The notes below the pieces were generated by a model. That model was not told the origin of the DNA, searched no databases, and was given only the letters and a program-made list of their open reading frames with translations. The position numbers and the translations under genes are program-made. This document shows, piece after piece, positions 1-10,430 of a stretch of 64,000 bases of DNA. The number at the start of each line of letters is the position of its first letter. Positions within the stretch are counted from its first letter, which is position 1. The DNA is from Nemertoderma westbladi (Eukaryota > Animalia > Xenacoelomorpha): the NCBI GenBank assembly GCA_032718475.1, contig JAUCBJ010004184.1:1-64000 (forward strand). Direction: 5' to 3'.

Positions 1-441
1 CTTATCGGCAACTATAACATCCTTTTATCGGTCATCAGTAACAGATCTCATTACCCCACCCCAAAAGATATTATCAGATAAATGCTGAACTTTATGTATT
101 GCGTCAGGATACTGAAGTATTGAACGGAATAGCACTATTATTAGGTGAAAAGTGAAACAGAGTCGGAAATATGGAATTTAAAACAGATTGGAATGCCGCA
201 GATAGAGGGGACTTTCGATGCGATCATAATTATTCATCCCTCTCCAGGGTAAAATCGACGCAAATAACAGCTGATTATTACCAAAAATAAAACTAAAACG
301 TGTTCTATTAACTTGCGCTTCTTGTTTTGGTTAGGATAACGTGCCACTGTAACCTATTCCTTTCCATAAATTGATAATTTATTATTGAGGCGAAATATTT
401 ATTTTCCGAGATGGGTTTTGTGTCAAGTTTCCCCAATGACT

Positions 442-457
442 CTACTACTACTACTAC
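442..457 (-). repeat. (GTA)5 microsatellite, probable 3' tail of the LINE
   Basis: The plus strand reads ctactactactactac, about 47 bp beyond the ORF stop at 504. RTE elements commonly end in short simple repeats rather than poly(A). A short (TA)n at ~485-494 is an alternative terminus. Confidence 0.55.
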
Positions 458-503
458 GATCGGCATGCTGCATTGCAGCTGCAGTATATATATATTACAT
501 ATA

Positions 504-1130
504 TTAAGAATGCCGTGCCGGCTTGTCGACAAAATTGCGCCGCCACAACTCCCTATCACCCATGACATTTGCTAGATCATCCGCATCTTCAAGGCCAGTG
601 TCCTTTAAGATGCGTCTCAAGAAAGTCATGGGCTGTCCACCATGCTTATTCACTCCATGAGGCTGCCAAAGCACAAGATTATGCACTGGCTGGTCCTCAC
701 GGCGAAAGCAATGTCCTGCAAAGCGGAGGCGACTTTGTTCTAGTGTCAAGCTTGGGGGAACCAATGAGACACCTCCAATGCTATATAGTGTCTGGTTGGA
801 GATGTGTGCATTGTACTTGACACAGTAAACCCGGCGTAGCATTCTTGTGAATGTGCCATCCAGAGATTTGGTGTCCTCGGCAGTTAGAGCCCAGCATGGA
901 CTCCCGTAGAGGAGTACTGGAACTACTGCTGCTCTAAATAATCGGACCTTAAGTTTCCGATTAATTCTCGGTGACTTCCAAATCCTGGAAAGCCTATTCA
1001 AGGCTGCCCATGCCTTTCCTTTACGCATTCGAAGGTCCTCACCTGACTTCCGGATCCATGATCCCAGGTGACAGAAGTCATCCACATGCTCAAGCATACC
1101 ATCCTTTGAGCTTAAGCTGAGGACTTTCAA
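504..1130 (-). pseudogene. RT thumb and C-terminal region of the same LINE, separated from the core by a second frameshift (~1090-1140)
   Basis: ORF 504..1130 encodes LEHVDDFCHLGSWI...RKGKAWAALNRLSRIWKS...KVRLFRAAVVPVLLYGSPCW...TRMLRR...RLRFAGHCFRR...VLWQP...MGDRELWR, the characteristic distal part of RTE-type ORFs. It is in a different frame from the FADD-containing segment. Confidence 0.88.
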
Positions 1131-1140
1131 AGTTAACTTT

Positions 1141-1625
1141 TAAAATTTTGGTCTTTTTGGAGTTAATAAAAAGACCAACACTAGAAGCAGCATGTTCTAA
1201 TTAGCTGAGGAGCCGTTGGGCTCCCTCTAGTGATTCTGAGAGTACTCCTAAGTCATCAGCAAAGTCTAGATCAGTTAGGTACTTGGCAGGATTTCCTCGA
1301 CTTCTGGGGCCAGTAGGTGGAGTTACCATCACCCCATCATCATTATGATGATCTAAGGACATGCGTAGAACATAGTCAACAACAATTATGAACAAGAATG
1401 GCGCAAGTGTGTCTCCCTGGAGGACGCCCCATAACACTTCGAATGGTTCTGTGTAACCGTCAACAGTAGACACAAATGTTGTCGAACCATCGTATACTGA
1501 TCTGATTGCTGCAATAATTTCATCAGGAATCCCATATAATGAAAGTATGCTGAACATACAGAGACCGAATCAAATGCCTTGAAGAAGTCAACAAAGATAA
1601 CAGCCAGATGCCTGTCTTGAATGCT
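1141..1625 (-). pseudogene. Reverse transcriptase core fragment with a frameshift near 1560 and an in-frame TAA at 1203-1201
   Basis: The KAFDSV motif lies in the frame of ORF 1386..1649. The next motifs (MFSIL..YGIP, QGD, FADD) lie in the frame of ORF 1201..1557. After the stop, the same frame continues LEHAASSVGLFINSKKTKIL (1200-1141), a typical post-FADD segment. Confidence 0.88.
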
Positions 1626-2332
1626 GACATATAAGCAAAGTATGTTCAAACTCTAACCAAAATGTTGCTGAAGCAACTCAGTTCCGTCCTTATAGTCGTC
1701 TCAATTTCGCTCTTATTGTTTTACAAACATTAAACTATTTCTCTACTACAATTTTCTGAAGTTCCTGACCTCACAAAAAGTTAATAATATCAAATATTAT
1801 TTGAATTATAAAGGTTGTTATGGGGGATATAATTACAAACGCCTCGAGGCAGTTTACGGCATTGTTTTTATATGCTCCGGGCATGTTGCATCAGAACAAA
1901 TTTTTGAAATCCAACATTATTCAAATTACTAATGTACGGAAATAATTATAAATGCCTACCAGCGGTGGGGTGCATTTAGAATAGAATTCTATCTTCTTAT
2001 AATTCTATGTACAAATTTATTAAAATTTCCAACGTCATGTTATATTATTGACATTTTCAACGTGGTGTTATGTGACAATTATAGCGATTATAAACCTGAA
2101 CATCCATCCATTAACACAGGAATTCAGAGTCTTTTGATGGCAGAAATAGAGATTTTCATCTCAAGCCTATATGCGTAATGGATCGTATTTCAGATCCTGT
2201 GAATTAACGCACCTTCGTTAACATATAATCAATCAGATCTAACCCAGCTGCTGCTCTTTGTGCTGGTTAACTAACGTAATGTATCACTGCAACCCCATGG
2301 CCACTGTTAATACAGCCCTTTACAAGTGTGTA

Positions 2333-2505
2333 CCGTGCTGTTACCCACCCCCCCCCCCCCCCCTCCCTCCCAATGCTGTTACCACCCCATTCCTGTTACC
2401 CCACCCACCCCCGTCACAGATAGTGATTCCTTTTACCCCCCACTCCTGTTTCCCTCCCATTCCTGTTACCCCCCCCCCCCCCTCGCAGAAAGTGATTCCT
2501 GTTAG
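2333..2505 (+). repeat. Left inverted arm: C-rich, with reiterated (T/G)CTGTTACC-like motifs and poly-C runs
   Basis: Motif copies start near 2338, 2376, 2391, 2428, 2445, 2461 and 2497. C16 at 2348-2363 and C14 at 2469-2482. AGTGATTCCT occurs twice. Confidence 0.75.
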
Positions 2506-2516
2506 TAACCATTTTA

Positions 2517-2792
2517 GTTACCAATTGAGGGAAAGGAGCAGTTTACAGAGACGGCTTTTCTCTAACCAAAACAATATACGATGTTGTTACCAATTGAGGG
2601 AAAGGAGCAGGTTTCGAAACGGATTTTTCTAACTAAAACAATAAACGATGTTGTTACTAATTGAGGAAAAAGAGCAGGTTACAGAGACGGCTTTTTCTAA
2701 CCAAAACAATACACGAAGTTGTTACCAATTGAGGAAAAGGAGCAGGTTACAGATACTGCTTTTTCTAACCAAAACAATAAACAATGTTGTTA
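2517..2792. repeat. Tandem repeat, ~68-bp unit, 4 copies
   Basis: Units start with GTTAC(C/T)AATTGAGG at 2517, 2586, 2653 and 2721 (periods 69, 67, 68, 68), with a residual GTTAACAAT at 2789. Approximate consensus GTTACCAATTGAGGAAAAGGAGCAGGTTACAGAGACGGCTTTTTCTAACCAAAACAATAAACGATGTT. Confidence 0.95.
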
Positions 2793-2880
2793 ACAATATC
2801 GCATATAAGAATATATATTTTCCCTATCTAGATTATCTATTCACTATCTCCTATATCCTGCAAGTAATATCCCATATATT

Positions 2881-2886
2881 GGGGGT

Positions 2887-2919
<33 letters not shown>

Positions 2920-2997
2920 GACAGGAATCACTAGAATAGTGTGACGGGGGCTAACAGCACATGGGGGGGGGGGGGGGGGGGGTAACAGGAAAACACG
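2881..2997 (-). repeat. Right inverted arm: G-rich, with long poly-G runs
   Basis: G32 at 2887-2918 and G20 at 2963-2982. Contains GTGACAGGAATCACTA, TGTGACGGGGG, TAACAGCA and GGTAACAGGA, which are reverse complements of left-arm motifs. Confidence 0.75.
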
Positions 2998-4380
2998 TAC
3001 AGGTGAGGTGGCCTATATTGGGAGGCACAGCGAAGTGGCGCTATTGGGTCACTGAGAGCTTGTAATTGTAATTGAAATCTTGTAATTGAGTTCCACAAAT
3101 AGGTTAAGGTTATGCTTAATTTAGAATAGTTAGCGATCTATTAATATGTATAGGCCTAGCTACAGGTATATATAATATTATTTTATTTCAATATTTTAAT
3201 GAATTAAAGCAACCGGGGCGAAAATGCCGCTTTTGATTGGAAACGAAAATGATTGAATTGTCGAGAAAAAAAAACCACATCAATAAATGTTAATATTTCA
3301 TTATTTCTCTCTTCCATGCTTCATCTCTTCCATCCTTGCATTATTTCTCTCTTCCATGCTTCATCTCTTCAATCCTTGCATTATTTCTCTCTTCCATGCT
3401 TCATCTCTTCAATCCTTGCATTATTTATCTCTTCCATGCATCATCTCTTCAATCCTTGCATTATTTATCTCTTCCATGCTTCATCTCTTCCATCCTTGCA
3501 TTATTTCTCTCTTCCATGCATCATCTCTTCAATCCTTGCATTATTTCTCTCTTCCATGCATCATCTCTTCAATCCTTGCATTATTTATCTCTTCCATGCT
3601 TCATCTCTTCCATCCTTGCATTATTTCTCTCTTCCATGCATCATCTCTTCAATCCTTGCATTATTTCTCTCTTCCATGCATCATCTCTTCCATCCTTGCA
3701 TTATTTATCTCTTCCATGCATCATCTCTTCAATCCTTGCATTATTTATCTCTTCCATGCATCATCTCTTCAATCCTTGCATTATTTATCTCTTCCATGCT
3801 TCATCTCTTCCATCCTTGCATTATTTCTCTCTTCCATGCATCATCTCTTCAATCATTGCATTATTTCTCTCTCCCGTGCTTCATCTCTTCCATCCTTGCA
3901 TTATTTCTCTCTTCCATGCTTCATCTCTTCCATCCTTGCATTATTTCTCTCTTCCATGCATCATCTCTTCAATCCTTGCATTATTTATCTCTTCCATGCT
4001 TCATCTCTTCAATCCTTGCATTATTTATCTCTTCCATGCTTCATCTCTTCCATCCTTGCATTATTTCTCTCTTCCATGCATCATCTCTTCAATCCTTGCA
4101 TTATTTCTCTCTTCCATGCTTCATCTCTTCCATCCTTGCATTATTTCTCTCTTCCATGCTTCCACTCTTCAATCCTTGCATTATTTCTCTCTTCCATGCT
4201 TCATCTCTTCAATCCTTGCATTATTTCTGTCTTCCATGTTTCCACTCTTCAATCCTTGCATTATTTCTCTCTTCCATGCTTCATCTCTTCAATCCTTGCA
4301 TTATTTATCTCTTCCATGCATCATCTCTTCAATCCTTGCATTATTTCTCTCTTCCATGCTTCCACTCTTCCATCCTTGCA

Positions 4381-7300
4381 TTATTTCTCCCTTCCATGCT
4401 TCATCTCTTCAATCCTTGCATTATTTATCTCTTCCATGCATCATCTCTTCAATCCTTGCATTATTTATCTCTTCCATGCTTCCACTCTTCCATCCTTGCA
4501 TTATTTCTCCCTTCCATGCTTCCACTCTTCAATCATTGCATTATTTCTCTCTTCCATCCTTCCACTCTTCAATCATTGCATTATTTCTCTCTTCCATGCT
4601 TCATCTCTTCAATCCTTGCATTATTTCTCTCTTCCATGCTTCATCTCTTCAATCCTTGCATTATTTATCTCTTCCATGCATCATCTCTTCAATCCTTGCA
4701 TTATTTATCTCTTCCATGCTTCCACTCTTCCATCCTTGCATTATTTCTCCCTTCCATGCTTCCACTCTTCAATCATTGCATTATTTCTCCCTTCCATGCT
4801 TCCACTCTTCAATCATTGCATTATTTCTCTCTTCCATGCTTCCACTCTTCCATCCTTGCATTATTTCTCCCTTCCATGCTTCCACTCTTCCATCCTTGCA
4901 TTATTTCTCCCTTCCATGCTTCCACTCTTCAATCATTGCATTATTTCTCCCTTCCATGCTTCCACTCTTCAATCATTGCATTATTTCTCTCTTCCATGCT
5001 TCCACTCTTCAATCATTGCATTATTTCTCTCTTCCATGCTTCCACTCTTCAATCATTGCATTATTTCTCTCTTCCATGCTTCCACTCTTCCATCCTTGCA
5101 TTATTTCTCCCTTCCATGCTTCCACTCTTCAATCATTGCATTATTTCTCTCTTCCATGCTTCCACTCTTCCATCCTTGCATTATTTCTCCCTTCCATGCT
5201 TCCACTCTTCCATCCTTGCATTATTTCTCCCTTCCATGCTTCCACTCTTCCATCCTTGCATTATTTCTCCCTTCCATGCTTCCACTCTTCCATCCTTGCA
5301 TTATTTCTCCCTTCCATGCTTCCACTCTTCAATCATTGCATTATTTATCTCTTCCATGCTTCCACTCTTCCATCCTTGCATTATTTCTCCCTTCCATGCT
5401 TCCACTCTTCAATCATTGCATTATTTCTCCCTTCCATGCTTCCACTCTTCAATCATTGCATTATTTCTCTCTTCCATGCTTCCACTCTTCCATCCTTGCA
5501 TTATTTCTCCCTTCCATGCTTCCACTCTTCCATCCTTGCATTATTTCTCCCTTCCATGCTTCCACTCTTCAATCATTGCATTATTTCTCCCTTCCATGCT
5601 TCCACTCTTCAATCATTGCATTATTTCTCTCTTCCATGCTTCCACTCTTCCATCCTTGCATTATTTCTCCCTTCCATGCTTCCACTCTTCCATCCTTGCA
5701 TTATTTCTCCCTTCCATGCTTCCACTCTTCAATCATTGCATTATTTCTCCCTTCCATGCTTCCACTCTTCAATCATTGCATTATTTCTCTCTTCCATGCT
5801 TCCACTCTTCCATCCTTGCATTATTTCTCCCTTCCATGCTTCCACTCTTCCATCCTTGCATTATTTCTCCCTTCCATGCTTCCACTCTTCAATCATTGCA
5901 TTATTTCTCCCTTCCATGCTTCCACTCTTCAATCATTGCATTATTTCTCTCTTCCATGCTTCCACTCTTCCATCCTTGCATTATTTCTCCCTTCCATGCT
6001 TCCACTCTTCCATCCTTGCATTATTTCTCCCTTCCATGCTTCCACTCTTCAATCATTGCATTATTTCTCCCTTCCATGCTTCCACTCTTCAATCATTGCA
6101 TTATTTATCTCTTCCATGCTTCCACTCTTCCATCCTTGCATTATTTCTCCCTTCCATGCTTCCACTCTTCAATCATTGCATTATTTCTCCCTTCCATGCT
6201 TCCACTCTTCAATCATTGCATTATTTCTCTCTTCCATGCTTCCACTCTTCCATCCTTGCATTATTTCTCCCTTCCATGCTTCCACTCTTCCATCCTTGCA
6301 TTATTTCTCCCTTCCATGCTTCCACTCTTCAATCATTGCATTATTTCTCCCTTCCATGCTTCCACTCTTCAATCCTTGCATTATTTCTCTCTTCCATGCT
6401 TCCACTCTTCAATCATTGCATTATTTCTCTCTTCCATGCTTCCACTCTTCCATCCTTGCATTATTTCTCCCTTCCATGCTTCCACTCTTCCATCCTTGCA
6501 TTATTTCTCCCTTCCATGCTTCCACTCTTCAATCATTGCATTATTTCTCCCTTCCATGCTTCCACTCTTCAATCATTGCATTATTTCTCTCTTCCATGCT
6601 TCATCTCTTCAATCCTTGCATTATTTCTCCCTTCCATGCTTCCACTCTTCAATCATTGCATTATTTCTCCCTTCCATGCTTCCACTCTTCCATCCTTGCA
6701 TTATTTCTCCCTTCCATGCTTCCACTCTTCAATCATTGCATTATTTCTCCCTTCCATGCTTCCACTCTTCAATCATTGCATTATTTCTCTCTTCCATGCT
6801 TCCACTCTTCCATCCTTGCATTATTTCTCCCTTCCATGCTTCCACTCTTCCATCCTTGCATTATTTCTCCCTTCCATGCTTCCACTCTTCAATCATTGCA
6901 TTATTTCTCCCTTCCATGCTTCCACTCTTCAATCATTGCATTATTTCTCTCTTCCATGCTTCATCTCTTCAATCATTGCATTATTTCTCTCTTCCATGCT
7001 TCCACTCTTCCATCCTTGCATTATTTCTCCCTTCCATGCTTCCACTCTTCCATCCTTGCATTATTTCTCCCTTCCATGCTTCCACTCTTCAATCATTGCA
7101 TTATTTCTCCCTTCCATGCTTCCACTCTTCAATCATTGCATTATTTCTCTCTTCCATGCTTCATCTCTTCAATCATTGCATTATTTCTCCCTTCCATGCT
7201 TCCACTCTTCAATCATTGCATTATTTCTCCCTTCCATGCTTCCACTCTTCAATCATTGCATTATTTCTCTCTTCCATGCTTCATCTCTTCAATCATTGCA

Positions 7301-7460
7301 TTATTTATCTCTTCCATGCTTCCACTCTTCCATCCTTGCATTATTTCTCCCTTCCATGCTTCCACTCTTCCATCCTTGCATTATTTCTCCCTTCCATGCT
7401 TCCACTCTTCAATCATTGCATTATTTCTCTCTTCCATGCTTCCACTCTTCAATCATTGCA
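4381..7460. repeat. Satellite subdomain with the TTTCTCCCTT variant and a 4-monomer (160-bp) higher-order repeat
   Basis: TTTCTCCCTTCC was seen only here. At 5461-6100 the monomer series [T;CATCC][C;CATCC][C;AATCA][C;AATCA] repeats four times, and it recurs imperfectly to ~7400. Confidence 0.9.
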
Positions 7461-8979
7461 TTATTTCTCTCTTCCATGCTTCATCTCTTCAATCCTTGCA
7501 TTATTTCTCTCTTCCATGCATCATCTCTTCAATCCTTGCATTATTTCTCTCTTCCATGCTTCCACTCTTCCATCCTTGCATTATTTCTCTCTTCCATGCA
7601 TCATCTCTTCAATCCTTGCATTATTTATCTCTTCCATGCTTCATCTCTTCCATCCTTGCATTATTTCTCTCTTCCATGCATCATCTCTTCAATCCTTGCA
7701 TTATTTCTCTCTTCCATGCTTCCACTCTTCCATCCTTGCATTATTTCTCTCTTCCATGCTTCATCTCTTCACTCCTTGCATTATTTCTCTCTTCCATGCT
7801 TCCACTCTTCCATCCTTGCATTATTTCTCTCTTCCATGCATCATCTCTTCAATCCTTGCATTATTTATCTCTTCCATGCTTCCACTCTTCCATCCTTGCA
7901 TTATTTCTCTCTTCCATGCATCATCTCTTCAATCCTTGCATTATTTATCTCTTCCATGCTTCATCTCTTCAATCCTTGCATTATTTCTCTCTTCCATGCT
8001 TCCACTCTTCCATCCTTGCATTATTTCTCTCTTCCATGCTTCATCTCTTCAATCCTTGCATTATTTCTCTCTTCCATGCTTCCACTCTTCCATCCTTGCA
8101 TTATTTCTCTCTTCCATGCATCATCTCTTCAATCCTTGCATTATTTATCTCTTCCATGCTTCATCTCTTCAATCCTTGCATTATTTCTCTCTTCCATGCT
8201 TCCACTCTTCCATCCTTGCATTATTTCTCTCTTCCATGCTTCCACTCTTCACTCCTTGCATTATTTATCTCTTCCATGCTTCATATCTTCCATCCTTGCA
8301 TTATTTCTCTCTTCCATGCTTCATCTCTTCCATCCTTGCATTATTTCTCTCTTCCATCCTTCCACTCTTCCATCCTTGCATTATTTCTCTCTTCCATGCA
8401 TCATCTCTTCAATCCTTGCATTATTTCTCTCTTCCATGCTTCCACTCTTCCATCCTTGCATTATTTCTCTCTTCCATGCTTCCACTCTTCCATCCTTGCA
8501 TTATTTCTCTCTTCCATGCTTCATCTCTTCCATCCTTGCATTATTTCTCTCTTCCATGCATCATCTCTTCAATCCTTGCATTATTTCTCTCTTCCATGCT
8601 TCCACTCTTCCATCCTTGCATTATTTCTCTCTTCCATGCATCATCTCTTCCATCCTTGCATTATTTCTCTCTTCCATGCTTCATCTCTCCAATCCTTGCA
8701 TTATTTCTCTCTTCCATGCATCATCTCTTCCATCCTTGCATTATTTCTCTCTTCCATGCTTCATCTCTTCCATCCTTGCATTATTTCTCTCTTCCATGCA
8801 TCATCTCTTCAATCCTTGCATTATTTCTCTCTTCCATGCTTCCACTCTTCCATCCTTGCATTATTTCTCTCTTCCATGCTTCATCTCTTCCATCCTTGCA
8901 TTATTTCTCTCTTCCATGCTTCATCTCTTCCATCCTTGCATTATTTCTCTCTTCCATGCTTCATCTCTTCCATCCTTGC

Positions 8980-10430
8980 ATTATTTCTCTCTTCCATGCT
9001 TCATCTCTTCCAATCCTTGCATTATTTCTCTCTTCCATGCTTCATCTCTTCCATCCTTGCATTATTTCTCTCTTCCATGCTTCATCTCTTCCATCCTTGC
9101 ATTATTTCTCTCTTCCATGCTTCATCTCTCCAATCCTTGCATTATTTCTCTCTTCCATGCTTCATCTCTTCCATCCTTGCATTATTTCTCTCTTCCATGC
9201 TTCATCTCTTCCATCCTTGCATTATTTCTCTCTTCCATGCTTCATCTCTTCCATCCTTGCATTATTTCTCTCTTCCATGCTTCATCTCTTCCAATCCTTG
9301 CATTATTTCTCTCTTCCATGCTTCATCTCTTCCATCCTTGCATTATTTCTCTCTTCCATGCTTCATCTCTTCAATCCTTGCATTATTTCTCTCTTCCATG
9401 CTTCATCTCTTCCATCCTTGCATTATTTCTCTCTTCCATGCTTCATCTCTTCCAATCCTTGCATTATTTCTCTCTTCCATGCTTCATCTCTTCCATCCTT
9501 GCATTATTTCTCTCTTCCATGCTTCCACTCTTCCATCCTTGCATTATTTCTCTCTTCCATGCTTCATCTCTTCCATCCTTGCATTATTTCTCTCTTCCAT
9601 GCATCATCTCTTCAATCCTTGCATTATTTCTCTCTTCCATGCTTCCACTCTTCCATCCTTGCATTATTTCTCTCTTCCATGCTTCATCTCTTCCATCCTT
9701 GCATTATTTCTCTCTTCCATGCTTCATCTCTTCCAATCCTTGCATTATTTCTCTCTTCCATGCTTCATCTCTTCCATCCTTGCATTATTTCTCTCTTCCA
9801 TGCTTCATCTCTTCAATCCTTGCATTATTTCTCTCTTCCATGCTTCATCTCTTCCAATCCTTGCATTATTTCTCTCTTCCATGCATCATCTCTTCCATCC
9901 TTGCATTATTTCTCTCTTCCATGCTTCATCTCTTCCATCCTTGCATTATTTCTCTCTTCCATGCTTCATCTCTTCAATCCTTGCATTATTTCTCTCTTCC
10001 ATGCTTCCACTCTTCCATCCTTGCATTATTTCTCTCTTCCATGCTTCATCTCTTCCATCCTTGCATTATTTCTCTCTTCCATGCTTCATCTCTTCCAATC
10101 CTTGCATTATTTCTCTCTTCCATGCTTCATCTCTTCCATCCTTGCATTATTTCTCTCTTCCATGCTTCATCTCTTCCATCCTTGCATTATTTCTCTCTTC
10201 CATGCTTCATCTCTTCCATCCTTGCATTATTTCTCTCTTCCATGCATCATCTCTTCCATCCTTGCATTATTTCTCTCTTCCATGCTTCATCTCTTCAATC
10301 CTTGCATTATTTCTCTCTTCCATGCTTCATCTCTTCCATCCTTGCATTATTTCTCTCTTCCATGCTTCATCTCTTCCATCCTTGCATTATTTCTCTCTTC
10401 CATGCTTCATCTCTTCCAATCCTTGCATTA
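8980..10430. repeat. Satellite subdomain containing seven 41-bp monomers (TTCCAATCC)
   Basis: Single-base insertions near 9011, 9292, 9453, 9734, 9855, 10096 and 10417. The array phase shifts by exactly +7 across this interval. Confidence 0.9.

Larger units (their letters stand above)
442..1625 (-). mobile_element. 5'-truncated, degenerate non-LTR retrotransposon (LINE, RTE-like): 3' part of the RT ORF plus a short 3' end with a (GTA)n tail
   Basis: Minus-strand translation gives ordered RT motifs: FVDFFKAFDSV (1595-1563), YGIP, GVLQGDTLAPFLF, DLDFADD (FADD at 1263-1252), GLFINSKKTK, VDDFCHLGSWI, KVRLFRAAVVPVLLYGS, RLRFAGHC. The C-terminus and a short 3' region ending in a microsatellite fit RTE-clade LINEs. 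Clade assignment is by motif recognition, not a database search. No endonuclease domain is visible upstream. Confidence 0.9.
2331..2999. mobile_element. Non-autonomous fold-back/MITE-like element with imperfect long inverted arms and central tandem repeats, possibly with a TA target site
   Basis: Left arm: TA-CCGTG.CTGTTACCC-C(16)...TGCTGTTAC...CCCCCGTCACA..TAGTGATTCCT..ACCCCCC. Reverse complement of right arm: TA-CGTG....CCTGTTAC-C(n)..TGCTGTTAG-CCCCCGTCACA......TAGTGATTCCTGTCACCCCC. The same motifs occur in the same order, with TA at 2331-2332 and 2998-2999. No transposase-like ORF is present. Confidence 0.65.

Noticed and set aside
308-820. ORFs 308..568 (-) and 569..820 (+)
   Set aside because: Short alternative-frame or antisense ORFs overlapping the LINE 3' end, with no recognisable motifs.
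1651-1662. CTCTAACCAAAA identical to part of the first 68-bp unit (~2560), near the LINE 5' end
   Set aside because: Only 12 bp of AT-rich match with no extension, and it is not mirrored at the LINE 3' end, so it is not a TSD.
1795-1960. Weak direct similarity (ATAATTACAAACGCCT vs ATAATTATAAATGCCT, ~113 bp apart)
   Set aside because: Too short and AT-rich to support a tandem duplication without alignment statistics.
2258-2944. Pro-rich (2258..2632) and Gly-rich (2648..2944) ORFs
   Set aside because: They are translations of poly-C/poly-G tracts and the 68-bp repeats, with no protein-like features.
3060-3135. (TGTAAT)n-like repeat and GGTTAAGGTTA telomere-like motif
   Set aside because: Only two to three degenerate units each, too short to call a telomeric seed or a defined element.
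3165-3290. Possible promoter (TATA-like run ~3167, GC-rich patch ~3213-3230, reverse CCAAT 3236-3240) driving satellite transcription
   Set aside because: Such short motifs are expected by chance in AT-rich DNA, their arrangement is not canonical, and there is no transcript evidence.
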